The position numbers and the translations under genes are program-made. Of a stretch of 64,000 bases of DNA, positions 17,652 through 27,929 are shown piece by piece. How positions within the stretch are numbered: the first letter of the stretch is position 1; each line of letters starts with the position of its first letter. The stretch comes from Acidobacteriota bacterium (GTDB taxonomy: Bacteria; Acidobacteriota; UBA890; WLXD01), in NCBI GenBank assembly GCA_965205505.1, contig CBDBHB010000009.1, positions 2,208,001 through 2,272,000 of the forward strand, read 5' to 3'. The notes under the pieces are model-generated. The model saw only the letters and a program-made list of their open reading frames with translations, was not told the DNA's origin and did not search any database.

Positions 17652-20267
17652 TCCACCGATCTTCCAATTCCAGTTGTAGCTGAAGCGGACGTAGAAGAAC
17701 GCACCGTTGTAATTGAACGGCGTATATCGGCTGTACCGATTGCCGATGGCAGTGGCGTTGGGGTTTTCATCCGGGTGGGTGTTGAGTATGTTGCGGCCGC
17801 CGATGGTGAGCCTGACGGGCTCGCTGATAGAAAAGGCGACCTCAAGGTCAATGAGATGTTTACCGCCGTAGACTCGAACGTCTCTGGAGTCGTACCAGTC
17901 ATCGTAGTAGCTCAGGCGACCGAGGAGACGCCAGGGGCCGAAGCTGTGATCGGTCGTGAAGTTCCAGCGCGTTTTGGGAATCGCTTCTTGCAATTGGCGG
18001 ATCCGACCGGCATCTAGAATCTGAGGATTATATTGTTTGACTCGAGTATCAGTGTGGTTGAAGGCGACTCTGACCGTTGTGTTGCCGCCGAGCGCCGATG
18101 GTGTATAAGCGGCAACCAGGTCGATGCCTTGTGTTCGCGTTTCGAAATCGTTGGTGAAGAAACGGAAGTTCGATAGGTTACGAGCGCTAGTGATGCCCTC
18201 AGCGATGAGGCTGTCGACTTCTTCGGGATCTAGGGTGAACAACTGTGTCAACGCGAGTCGATCAGACAGGTCGATGCGAAAGTAGTCAGTGGTAAATTTG
18301 AACGGTCCCGTATCGATCACCATGCCTAAGCCGTAGTTGATTGACCTTTCAGGTTCGAGCGGTGTACCACCTCGAAGTTGAGCGACCCTCGAGGTCGAGG
18401 GAATGGTGCCGTTATTGACCAAGTCCATGAGCTGGAGATCGTACTCGGTTGACACGTTGAAGGCATTCTGCTGGCCGGGTGTGGGCGCGCGGAAACCGGT
18501 GCTCACGCTGCCGCGCACGGCGAGGTCTTCGGTGAACTCATAGCGTCCCGCGAGCTTGCCGTTCAGCGTGGGGCCGAAATCTTGGAAGTCCTCGATTCGG
18601 ACCGCCGTGCCGATTATCCATTTGTCTTCGCTGCCCCGCAGTTCGACATCGCCGTAGAGTGCATAGTTGCTACGGCTCCATTGTCCGGCGGCGATCGGGC
18701 TGAAACCAGGAAAGCCATTCGAAGCGGCGCTGAAACCCTGGGGGCCGAAGGGGCCAATCACCCACGACTCCTCTTGGCCGAGGCCAATCTCGAAGCTCTC
18801 CCTGCGCCATTCGGCGCCACCAGCTACGTTGATGTGTTGGTTGAGGGCGTAGTTGAGGTCGAGATTAGCGCCGAGATCCTGTTGCTTGTAGAAACCGGGA
18901 TCGAACTCGGTGGGTGTCACCGGCCCGAGTGAAGCGTTGACCGTGTCGAAGATGAAGAAATCCACCATGTTGGAGCCAAGGCTGAGACTGGCATCCCAAA
19001 CGACGCCGCCGGATATCTGACCGCGCAGACCGGCCACCACCGCAGCGTCGGTTGCTTCGCCACCGAACTGCGGCGTGAAGCCGCCGGGAAAAAGTTCCTG
19101 GAAGGAAAAGCAGTTCGGATTGGCGAAAACACTGGAAAGGGCATCCGGATCGGGCACTCCGTTGGTGATGCTGACCTCGGGGCAGTTAGCCGAGCCATCG
19201 AGAACGCCATCCTGTGCGTCGAGCTCATCGCCGATGAGGAGAGTCTGGCCTCCATCAGCACTGTAAACTGCTGCCCGGGTGTTGGGATTACGGAAGAAAA
19301 AACCGCCGGTCACTTTCTTGCGCGCGTAATTCGTGTGGCCGTACAACTGGATGTTCTTGAACACGTGGCCGAAATTGCCCAAGAACTTGAAATCGTCATC
19401 AATGTCCGGAGAGCCTGAGATCTGCGCCGGATCGGCAACGTGCGTATTGCCGCCCGCAATCAGAAAAGCAGCGTCACTGCGCTGCACACTGCGGCTTGTA
19501 GGGTCGGTATTGCTGTACTCGATACTGAGGTTGGCGAAGCCCTTGTCGCCGAACGGCAGACCGACGTTACCGGAAACGGTGTTCGTGTAACCGTCACCGG
19601 CACTGAAGCCACCGGTGCGGACCTCCAGACTTCCGCCGGAAGAGTCATCCTTGAGCTGTAGGTTCAATACGCCGGCGATGGCATCCGAGCCGTACTGCGC
19701 CGAGGCACCGTCACGCAACACTTCCACCTGCCGCAACGCGATTGCCGGAATCGTCGAAATATCTGGCCCCTGTGCGCCATCGGCAACACCGTTACCCAAC
19801 CAGGTTATGACCGCCGACCGGTGGCGGCGCTTCCCGTTGACCAAGACCAGCGTATGATCGGGCGCCAGGCCGCGGAGATTCGCCGGACGAATGATCCGGG
19901 CCGCATCGCCGACCGGCTGTGCGTTGACGTTGTAAGACGGCAGAACGGTTCTCAGCTGATCGGCGATGTCGGTATCGCCCTGACTCACTAGGTCAGCGAA
20001 CGAGATGACGTCAATGGGTACGGCCGACTTGGTCACTGTCCGTGGCTGCGCCCGGGTGCCGACAACGACGATTACCTCATCTACCTGCGGAGTTGGGTCT
20101 TCGGCCTCCTCCTGTTCGACTCGTTCCTCTTGCTGCTGCTGTGTCTGCGGAGGTTGTCCCGCCTCTGTGTCTTGCTCCTGGGCTGCCGCCCGGACGAATG
20201 AGCAAAAGGTCAGGATCGAGACCAAACACCACGTCAACGATGCACGTCCAACTGGATTGTCGTTCAT
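17637..20267 (-). CDS. TonB-dependent receptor
   Basis: Signal peptide, plug motifs (LRGLAPDHTLVLVNGKRRH, VEVLRDGASAQYGSDAIAGV) and a terminal beta strand FFYVRFSYNW. The stop codon lies in the IS fragment. Confidence 0.92.
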   Translation of the reverse strand: MNDNPVGRASLTWCLVSILTFCSFVRAAAQEQDTEAGQPPQTQQQQEERVEQEEAEDPTPQVDEVIVVVGTRAQPRTVTKSAVPIDVISFADLVSQGDTDIADQLRTVLPSYNVNAQPVGDAARIIRPANLRGLAPDHTLVLVNGKRRHRSAVITWLGNGVADGAQGPDISTIPAIALRQVEVLRDGASAQYGSDAIAGVLNLQLKDDSSGGSLEVRTGGFSAGDGYTNTVSGNVGLPFGDKGFANLSIEYSNTDPTSRSVQRSDAAFLIAGGNTHVADPAQISGSPDIDDDFKFLGNFGHVFKNIQLYGHTNYARKKVTGGFFFRNPNTRAAVYSADGGQTLLIGDELDAQDGVLDGSANCPEVSITNGVPDPDALSSVFANPNCFSFQELFPGGFTPQFGGEATDAAVVAGLRGQISGGVVWDASLSLGSNMVDFFIFDTVNASLGPVTPTEFDPGFYKQQDLGANLDLNYALNQHINVAGGAEWRRESFEIGLGQEESWVIGPFGPQGFSAASNGFPGFSPIAAGQWSRSNYALYGDVELRGSEDKWIIGTAVRIEDFQDFGPTLNGKLAGRYEFTEDLAVRGSVSTGFRAPTPGQQNAFNVSTEYDLQLMDLVNNGTIPSTSRVAQLRGGTPLEPERSINYGLGMVIDTGPFKFTTDYFRIDLSDRLALTQLFTLDPEEVDSLIAEGITSARNLSNFRFFTNDFETRTQGIDLVAAYTPSALGGNTTVRVAFNHTDTRVKQYNPQILDAGRIRQLQEAIPKTRWNFTTDHSFGPWRLLGRLSYYDDWYDSRDVRVYGGKHLIDLEVAFSISEPVRLTIGGRNILNTHPDENPNATAIGNRYSRYTPFNYNGAFFYVRFSYNWNWKIGGGAAP

Positions 20268-20297
20268 CTATGGCCACGTCCCCTAGGGGTTAGGGCA

Positions 20298-20453
20298 ACC
20301 AGGTGCAGCCCATAGCTCGCTGGGCTATCGGCCATCCACACCCGAAGCGATGTTGTTGGAGCCGCCTACGCTTCGCTTCGCCGGCTCCAGCAATCTCTTG
20401 CCAGCTCCAATTCCCTGAGTCAAGAATTGGCTCAAATTACCTGGGGCAGGTCA
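20298..20453 (+). mobile_element. IS3 right-end fragment
   Basis: CATAGCTCGCTGGGCTATCGG (HSSLGYR) and IRR CTGGGGCAGGTCA. Confidence 0.75.
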
Positions 20454-20869
20454 CAACCCGCGGAGCGCCGCCGTGGCTCACTCCGACTAGGAACCACCGG
20501 CGGCACCCACGACCACCTTCAGCCTGAAGGTCGCGTTAGGAACCCCGGTGGCGTTGGTTCCCACATAGGTCTGCGTCGCCATGCCGCGCGCCTTGCGCAA
20601 TCGCCCTCCGGTGCCGCCGGTAATCGCGCGGCTGAACGGTATGTCAACGGCTGAGGGCCTTTTCTCTTGCGCCTCTTGGCCTTGCCCGCATCTACGAGCT
20701 TCTCCAGCCCGTACACGATCTTCTGGTGGGCGGAACTCCTGACCCTGTTTGAGTTGCGAGGGCTGCGCGATTGCTCGCTGTTGGCGGAGGGCCACCACTC
20801 GACAGGTATCATAGGCTGGCTGGCCCGTTAGCTAGCCAACCGCTGAAAGGGTGTTAGGAGGGCGGCGCC

Positions 20870-20990
20870 TCCGTCCATTCAACGCGCGACCTCAATCTCT
20901 GCTGCCAACGCAGATAGACGCCGCCCCCAGCGACGAGCAGAATCGCCAGGAGGAGCTGGGCGAGCGGCGGAGCGAGCGGCATCGGGACCG
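20870..20990 (-). pseudogene. Orphan C-terminal sorting-signal fragment (IPTL/PEP-CTERM-like)
   Basis: PVPMPLAPPLAQLLLAILLVAGGGVYLRWQQRLRSR: motif, TM helix and basic tail. Confidence 0.45.
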
Positions 20991-21024
20991 GGGGGATAGA
21001 AACCGGAAGCGATGATGAACCTGT

Positions 21025-21310
21025 CGCCCCGACCCCGCGGTTAGTACCACGTCTTATCTCAGTAACACGGTGCCGACAAGGGGTTGTTGAAGCCGGCGGA
21101 GCGTAGCGGAGCCGGGTTCAACAACAGCGCCTTAGGGGCCGGTGGTCGATAGCCCAGCGAGCTGTGCGGTCGAACTCGGTTGTACTGCTGCCGCCACCTC
21201 TCGATCAGAACCCGTGCCTGCTTGAGCGTGTAGAAGATCTCCCGGTCCAGCAGCTCGTCGCGGAGCTTGCCGTTGAAGCTCTCCACGTAACCATTGTCCC
21301 ACGGCGAGCC
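21025..21310 (-). mobile_element. IS3 3' remnant cut by the adjacent IS
   Basis: [13 protein letters not shown]...RPHSSLGY, a hairpin and an eroded IRR. Confidence 0.8.
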
Positions 21311-22581
21311 TGACCTGCCCCCCAATAATCGGGCCAGTTTGAGAGTTAGGAATTGAGGCTCTCAGGAAGGCTCGGGAAGGGGGAGAAATGGCCCGGAAGC
21401 GATACACGGTAGAGCAGATCATCGCCAAGCTCAGGGAGGCAGAGATCGAGCTGGCGCAAGGAGCCAAGACGCCGGAAGCGTGCCGGAAGCTGGGCATCAG
21501 CGAGAACACGTAGTACCGGTGGCGTAAGGAGTACGGCGGGCTGAGGGTGGATCAGGCACGGCGACTCAAGGAGCTGGAGCGCGAGAACGGGCGGCTCAAG
21601 AAGCTGCTGGCGGAAACGATGCTCGACAACGCCATCCTCAAAGAGGTGTCGTCGGGAAACTTCTGAGCCCGGCGCGCCGGAGCCGGGCAGTGCGACACGC
21701 ACAGCAGTCGCAGGGGGTGTCGGAGAGGCGAGCCTGCCGAGTGCTGGGCCAGGTGCGCTCGACGCAGCAATATCGGCCCAAGGCGCCTGGAGACGAAACA
21801 CCGCTGGTGAAGCGAATGACCGAACTGGCGACGCAGTACGGACGCTACGGGTACCGTCGGATCACGGCTCTGATGGAACGCGAAGGGTGGCGGGTGAACC
21901 ACAAGAGGATCGAACGGTTATGGCGTCGTGAAGGACTGAAGGTACCGAAAAAGCAGCCCAAGCGCGGACGCTTGTGGCTCAACGATGGATCGTGCGTGCG
22001 GCTGAGGCCGGAAAGGAAAGATCACGTGTGGGCCTATGACTTCGTGCACGAACGAACTCACGACGGGCGAGCGGTTCGTCTGCTGACGATCGTGGATGAG
22101 TACACCAGGGAGTGCTTGGCCATCGATGTGGCGCGCAGGCTCAACTCCGAGAACGTGTTGGATCGACTCGCTGAGCTGTTCGTGAACCGTGGTGTTTCCG
22201 ACCACATCCGCTCCGACAACGGACCGGAGTTCACTTCTCGGGTAGTGCGTGGCTGGCTCGAGCGGGTCGGTGTGAAGACGTTGTTCATCGAGCCCGGCTC
22301 GCCGTGGGAAAACGGCTATGTGGAGAGCTTCAACGGCAAGCTACGCGACGAGCTGCTGAACGGGGAGATCTTCTACACGCTCAAGGAGGCGCAGAGCTTG
22401 GTGCAAGCCTGGCGCCGCAAATACAACCAGGTGCGGCCACACAGCTCGTTGGGCTATCGGCCGCCTGCACCGAAAGCGACGTTGTTAAAGCCGGCTACGC
22501 TCCGCTCCGCCGGCTGCAACAACCTCTTGCCAGCACCGATTCTATGAGTTACGAAGTGGCCTCAACACTTGGGGCAGGTCA
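21311..22581 (+). mobile_element. Full-length IS3 element with inactivated orfA
   Basis: IRs TGACCTGCCCC / GGGGCAGGTCA. orfA (21388-21666) has an in-frame TAG at 21511. GGGAAAC shift site. Confidence 0.9.
21690..22547 (+). CDS. IS3 transposase OrfB
   Basis: Same DDE motifs as the paralogous copies. Confidence 0.85.
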   Translation: MRHAQQSQGVSERRACRVLGQVRSTQQYRPKAPGDETPLVKRMTELATQYGRYGYRRITALMEREGWRVNHKRIERLWRREGLKVPKKQPKRGRLWLNDGSCVRLRPERKDHVWAYDFVHERTHDGRAVRLLTIVDEYTRECLAIDVARRLNSENVLDRLAELFVNRGVSDHIRSDNGPEFTSRVVRGWLERVGVKTLFIEPGSPWENGYVESFNGKLRDELLNGEIFYTLKEAQSLVQAWRRKYNQVRPHSSLGYRPPAPKATLLKPATLRSAGCNNLLPAPIL

Positions 22582-22807
22582 ACTCCGCCAGCTGAGGGAG
22601 TGCTGGACCGAGGTTGGCGATCTCGCACTGGTAAACGGGCGCGCGGAGCGTCTTCTGGCGGTGCATCCGCTACGTGCTGCGGACGCGCTGCAGTTGGCAG
22701 CGGCGCTGGTGGTATGCGAGGAACGTCCGGTGGGACAGAGATTTGTCTGTCTGGACGCCAACCTTGCCAGTGCCGCGAGAAGAGAGGGGTTCACCACGCC
22801 GTTCTGA
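22582..22807 (+). pseudogene. VapC/PIN toxin C-terminal fragment, truncated by IS
   Basis: HPLRAADALQLAAAL...FVCLDANLASAARREGF. Confidence 0.75.
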
Positions 22808-22963
22808 GGTGATCTCGCGTCCGCTGATCCGACGATGACTCCGATTCAGCTGCAATGCTCGCCGCCCATGCACGGACAGCGTAGGCGTGGTTCTCAAGTT
22901 TGCATATTATCTGTGTGATGGAGCGACGATCGGTGGTCGTGACCATCGTGCTTGGGGGAGCAC

Positions 22964-25141
22964 ATGCCGGAGATCGGGGAGCTTATCGGCGCCTATCGAA
23001 TAGAGCGCAAGCTCGGCGAAGGCCGCATGGGCGAGGTCTACCGCGCGCTCGATACGCGGTTGGAGCGGTCGGTGGCGCTGAAGTTCTTGGCAGAGCGCAT
23101 TGCCGGCTCGGCCGAAGACGTCGATCGGGTCGGCCGTGAGGCGCGCGCGCTGGCGGCGATCAACCATCCGAACATCGTCACTATTTACGCGGTTGAGCAG
23201 GCGGGCGAGGTGCACTTCCTGGCCATGGAGCTGGTGGAAGGCGACAGCCTCGATCATCTGATCTCCGATCGTGGCATGCCCGTGCAGGAGTTCCTGCAGA
23301 TTGCCATCCCGCTAGCGGACGGCCTTGCGGCGGCGCATGCGGCCGGGCTCGTACATCGCGACCTGAAGTCGGCACACGTGATGGTCAGTCGCGCCGGACG
23401 CGTGAAGCTGCTCGACCTCGGGTTGGCTGTGCACCATGGCGCGACGCCGCTCGTGTGGGACGACCGGAGCGTCGAGTCAACCGTCGATACGACGGCGCTC
23501 GCCGAGCTCACCACAAACGACGGAGCGGTCGCCGGCACCCCCGCGTATATGTCGCCGGAGCAGGTACGTGGCGAGACGGTTGACCATCGCTCCGACATAT
23601 TCTCTCTCGGCGTGGTGTTTTACGAGATGCTCACTGGAGCAAGGCCGTTTCAGGGTGCGACGCTGCGCGAGCTTGCGGCCTCGATCACGGCGCAGCAGCC
23701 GCAGGCGGTGTCGGTGCGCAAACCGCTGGTACCGCGAGTGCTTTCCGACCTAGTGGCCCGCTGTCTCGACAAAGACCCGACCGCTCGGCCCCAGCAGGTT
23801 GCCGAGGTTGCCGCTACGCTGGCGCGTTTGCGGCGCGGCGAGCGCTCCGGCCGGTCGGTGGCCGTGTTGCCTTTCGTCGATTTGAGCCCTGACGGCGACC
23901 AGAGACATTTCTCCGAGGGCATCGCCGAAGGGATTCTCGACGGTCTGTCGGAAGTGGCCGATTTGCGGGTGGCGTCGCGCACCTCCACGTTCCGCTATCG
24001 CGGCGCCAATCGCGACGTTGGCGACATCGGCCGCCGTCTGGACGTGGAGACCGTGCTCGAGGGCTCGGTGCGCCGGGCGAAGGACCGGTTGCGAATTGCC
24101 ACGCGTCTGATCGACGTGGCCGACGACCGAGATCTGTGGTCGCAGCGGTTCGAAGGCGACGTCGAGGACGTCTTCGCCTTGGAGGACGAGATCACCACCA
24201 GCGTCATCGACGCGCTGCAAGGAGTCTTGGGAACCCGCCCGCGGCCGAGCCAGCCGACGGCTTTCGAAGCCTACGACTACTACCTGCGGGGGCGTAGCCT
24301 GCTTTACCGCGACACCCCGCGCGAGATCGCGCTGGCGCGCGATATGTTCACCCGTGCCGTTGCGCACGACCCGGACTATGCTCTGGCCCACAGCGGGCTT
24401 GCTGATGCCGCCTCGTATCTCTACATGCACGCGGGCGGCGACCCCAGCGCCCTGGACGAAGCGATCTCGGCGGCGGAGCACGCGGTGCAGGCCGGGCCGA
24501 AGCTTGCCGAGGGACACGCCGCGCTCGGCCTGGCACTGTCCCTGTCGAACCGGCACGAGGAGGCCGATCGAGCGTTTGCTGCGGCCATCGAGCTCGCCCC
24601 GGATTCCTTCGAGGCGCGCTATTCCCGCGGCCGCAGCGCCTTCGCTCAAGGTCAGATGGAGCTCGCAGCGCGTGAGTTTGAGGTGGCGAGCATCGTGCGC
24701 TCAGAGGACTATCAAGCTCCTGCGCTGCTCAGCCAAGTTTATCGTGATCTTCAGGACCCGACCCGAGAGGTCGCCAGCGCGCGCCGCGCCGTGCGTCGCG
24801 TAGAACGACACCTGGCGCTGCAGCCGGGCGACGGCCGGGCGTACTCGATCGGGGCTCGTTGTCTGTTCCAGCTGGGCGAACGTCAGGCGGCGTTGGAGTG
24901 GGCCGACCGTGCGTTGGAGCTGGGGGCGGGAGACGCCACGACCCACTACACGGTTGCCTGCCTGCTCGCCCAGGCCGGCCAGCTCGGTGCGGCGCTGTCG
25001 CGTTTGGAGCAAGCGGTCGACTTGGGGTATGCACATCGGGCCTGGATCGAGCACGACGGTGATCTGGCCCCGATTCGTGACGACCCACGGTTCGGGGTGA
25101 TCTTGGAGTCGATCGAGCGCCACGCGCCGGTGCGCAGTTGA
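22964..25141 (+). CDS. Ser/Thr protein kinase with TolB-like and TPR domains
   Basis: VALKFL, HRDLK, GTPAYMSPEQ, SDIFSLG, SVAVLPF and TPR repeats. Confidence 0.9.
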   Translation: MPEIGELIGAYRIERKLGEGRMGEVYRALDTRLERSVALKFLAERIAGSAEDVDRVGREARALAAINHPNIVTIYAVEQAGEVHFLAMELVEGDSLDHLISDRGMPVQEFLQIAIPLADGLAAAHAAGLVHRDLKSAHVMVSRAGRVKLLDLGLAVHHGATPLVWDDRSVESTVDTTALAELTTNDGAVAGTPAYMSPEQVRGETVDHRSDIFSLGVVFYEMLTGARPFQGATLRELAASITAQQPQAVSVRKPLVPRVLSDLVARCLDKDPTARPQQVAEVAATLARLRRGERSGRSVAVLPFVDLSPDGDQRHFSEGIAEGILDGLSEVADLRVASRTSTFRYRGANRDVGDIGRRLDVETVLEGSVRRAKDRLRIATRLIDVADDRDLWSQRFEGDVEDVFALEDEITTSVIDALQGVLGTRPRPSQPTAFEAYDYYLRGRSLLYRDTPREIALARDMFTRAVAHDPDYALAHSGLADAASYLYMHAGGDPSALDEAISAAEHAVQAGPKLAEGHAALGLALSLSNRHEEADRAFAAAIELAPDSFEARYSRGRSAFAQGQMELAAREFEVASIVRSEDYQAPALLSQVYRDLQDPTREVASARRAVRRVERHLALQPGDGRAYSIGARCLFQLGERQAALEWADRALELGAGDATTHYTVACLLAQAGQLGAALSRLEQAVDLGYAHRAWIEHDGDLAPIRDDPRFGVILESIERHAPVRS

Positions 25142-25264
25142 GTCAGGCTGGCATGGCGCCCTCGCTAGCACCGCGAAAGTGCCGGTGCGATAATTCCGAG
25201 CACCCACCCTCGCAACTGGCCCCGACTCGCCGCAACCAGGCCCACACTCTAGTCCTCGGGATAC

Positions 25265-27694
25265 GTGCGCAGAACTCCGCTTGCCATCTGTCTGGTCGCC
25301 GGCTCGACACTCGCGCTCGAGTTGCTGCTGACGCGCATCTTCGATGTGATCCTGTACCCGAACCTGGCGTACATGATCATCACCGGCGCGGTGTTCTCGT
25401 TCGGTCTGGCGGGGATCTACACCACGCTGCGACCGCTGCCGGCAGGCGCTGACCCGTCTGCTCAGCTGGCCCGCCTGACGGCGCTGATGGCCGCCTCGTT
25501 GTTGCTGATCCGCCCGCTGCTCAACATCATCCCGTTTCGCTTCGAGGCGATCGCTTCGGATCCGCTGGGACAAGGCATCTGGTTCCTGGCGATGTACGCC
25601 GTCATCACTATTCCGTTCGTGCTCTGTGGCCTGGTGCTCGCGCGCGTGTTCTCTGCTTGGGCCGAGGCCATTCAGCGGCTGTATTTCTGGGATCTGGCTG
25701 GTGCCGCCGTCGGCTGCGTGGCGATCATCCCGCTGATTCCGATCCTCGGGCCGGCCGGGCTGCTCCTGGTGGTTTCCGGAGTTCTGGCATTGGCCGCCGC
25801 GGTGTTTGCCGGTACGAGTCGAGCGCTGGCCATCGCCGCAGTGTATGCGGTGGTGATGTTGGCAATTCCGCTGCTGTCGCCTGGCTACCTGTCGTTCGAG
25901 GAGCACAAGGTCGACCGCGGGCTGGCCGACGCGCGAGCCATGGGCAACAACGAATACGTGCGTTGGGATCCGGTGTCGAAGGTCGAGGTAATTCACTTTC
26001 GCGGCGTGAAGAACATCATCTACGACGGCGGCAGCCAGAGTAGCTTCTTGTACCCGTTCGACGGCAACTGGGAGCTCTTCCGGCGCCGCCTCGATCGCGG
26101 CGTTCAGGCAAACGCCGAGGGCTTCTTCAAGACCCACTTCTGGACCCGATCGGTGCTGCTGGCGCACTACATGAAGCGCGACACCGACCAGCAGGTTCTG
26201 GTGATCGGCAGCGCCGCCGGGCAAGAGGTCAAGGGCGCGCTGGCGTACGGCGCGGGGCACGTCGATGCCATCGAGATGGTCGGTGCGGTGGTCGAGCTAG
26301 GCAAGCACGACTATGCCGGCTTCAACGGTGGAATCTTCAATGATCCGCGCGTCAACAGCGTGCGCGGCGAGGGGCGTGGCTTCATCCGTTCGCGCGACCG
26401 TGTCTACGACATCATCCAGATCTTCAGCAACCATTCGTCGTCATCGGTTGCCGCCGGGGCCGGCGCGCTCGACCCGACGTACTTGCTCACCGCCGACGCG
26501 TTCGTCGACTACTTCCAGCACCTGTCCGAAGACGGCATGTTGCAGATCAACCACCATACCTACCCGCGCATCATCTCGACCGCTGCGCTGGCCTGGAAGT
26601 GGATGGGACGCGACGATTTCAGGAGCCACGTGCTGGTGACGTCGCGCACCATGCAGGACGACGATACATTGCCGATGGTGCTCATCAAGATGAGCCCCTT
26701 CACGCGCGACGACCTGGTGGAGGCGCGTCGCTTCCTCGGCCTGCGTGAGGGCGTGGAGGTACAGATCTTCAAGCTCGAAGAGAACCCGCTACGGCCGCGC
26801 ACCGGCTTTCTGTCGCCGGAGTTCTTCAGCGGCGAGCTGCCCGACGAGATCATCGAGCGGGTGCCGTATCGGGTAACGCCGACCACCGACAACAGGCCTT
26901 ATTTCAAGTTTCTGCGCCGCGGATGGGAGGAGCTGCAACCGGACCCCGAGCGTTTCGTACCCGTTGCTGTGGCCTGGTTCCTCAACGTTGCCCGCGAGCA
27001 GGGCGGCGGCGTGCCCCTCGACATCATCCACCTGTGGGTCACCGGCTTCGTGTCGTTGGTGTTTGCTGGCGTGTTCGTCGTTACGCCGTTGGCGCTGTCG
27101 CCGGTGGCGCGGCGACGGTGGCCCGGCTGGGGTGCTTCGCTGATCTATTTCGCCAGTCTCGGCGCCGGCTTCATCCTGGTGGAATTGGTGTTGATCCAGC
27201 TGCTGATGCACTTCGTTGGATACCCGCTATATACCTACTCGGTAGTGCTGTTCACGGTGCTGCTCGGAGCCGGGCTCGGCAGCCTGGCGTCGGATCGGTT
27301 GAGGATCACGCCGGCGGCGGCGAATTGGTGGTGGCCGTATGCCGGAGTGCTGCTCGCAGGCACGATGTTCCTGCTCGTCCATGGCCCTGTTACTGGTGCG
27401 CTGCTGGCGCTGCCGCTCGGCGCTCGCCTGGTGGCGGCGGTTATCCTGGTGTTTCCGATCGCATTCTTCATGGGTATGCCGTTCCCGCTCGGCGTGCTGG
27501 CCGTACAGGATCTCTCGCGAGCAGCCGTCGCCTGGGGATGGGGGATGAACGGGCTGTTCACGGTGATCGGCGGCCTCGGCAGCGTCGTGGTTTCGGTGAA
27601 CTACGGGTTCCGCGCGGCGCTCATCGTCGGGTTGATGATCTACGCGATCGCCTGGCTGTCGTTTGCGCGCATGCGGCGTCAGAGGTCGGTCTGA
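25265..27694 (+). CDS. Polytopic membrane protein with a spermidine-synthase-like SAM-dependent domain
   Basis: N- and C-terminal TM bundles (LYFWDLAGAAVG, FMGMPFPLG, WGWGMNG) around VLVIGSAAG, EGRGFI and YDIIQI. Confidence 0.75.
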   Translation: MRRTPLAICLVAGSTLALELLLTRIFDVILYPNLAYMIITGAVFSFGLAGIYTTLRPLPAGADPSAQLARLTALMAASLLLIRPLLNIIPFRFEAIASDPLGQGIWFLAMYAVITIPFVLCGLVLARVFSAWAEAIQRLYFWDLAGAAVGCVAIIPLIPILGPAGLLLVVSGVLALAAAVFAGTSRALAIAAVYAVVMLAIPLLSPGYLSFEEHKVDRGLADARAMGNNEYVRWDPVSKVEVIHFRGVKNIIYDGGSQSSFLYPFDGNWELFRRRLDRGVQANAEGFFKTHFWTRSVLLAHYMKRDTDQQVLVIGSAAGQEVKGALAYGAGHVDAIEMVGAVVELGKHDYAGFNGGIFNDPRVNSVRGEGRGFIRSRDRVYDIIQIFSNHSSSSVAAGAGALDPTYLLTADAFVDYFQHLSEDGMLQINHHTYPRIISTAALAWKWMGRDDFRSHVLVTSRTMQDDDTLPMVLIKMSPFTRDDLVEARRFLGLREGVEVQIFKLEENPLRPRTGFLSPEFFSGELPDEIIERVPYRVTPTTDNRPYFKFLRRGWEELQPDPERFVPVAVAWFLNVAREQGGGVPLDIIHLWVTGFVSLVFAGVFVVTPLALSPVARRRWPGWGASLIYFASLGAGFILVELVLIQLLMHFVGYPLYTYSVVLFTVLLGAGLGSLASDRLRITPAAANWWWPYAGVLLAGTMFLLVHGPVTGALLALPLGARLVAAVILVFPIAFFMGMPFPLGVLAVQDLSRAAVAWGWGMNGLFTVIGGLGSVVVSVNYGFRAALIVGLMIYAIAWLSFARMRRQRSV

Positions 27695-27929
27695 GCATCG
27701 ATTGTCCGGTCACGCGACTTGTGTCGCTCGGCGAAACTTACATCGCACCGATCGCCCCGAAGCGTGCCGTGTTCCCTGATCTCGCCAGCAAGAGCCACGC
27801 GTCAGACGCGCCAGAGTTTTCAAGCACCCTGCTAATCACTAGACCCCCCGTGTCCGGTAGTCGATCATGTATGGGTACGCTCCCGCGAACATGTGCCTGT
27901 GCTCCCGAAACGACAGAGGAAGCTCGCTC

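Noticed and set aside
20487-20812. Small ORFs between IS fragments
   Set aside because: No recognisable motif, RBS or consistent frame.
24701-26260. Long antisense or alternative-frame ORFs (also 9590-10336, 34119-35108, 47059-48015)
   Set aside because: Shadow ORFs of well-supported genes in high-GC DNA, with no recognisable motifs.
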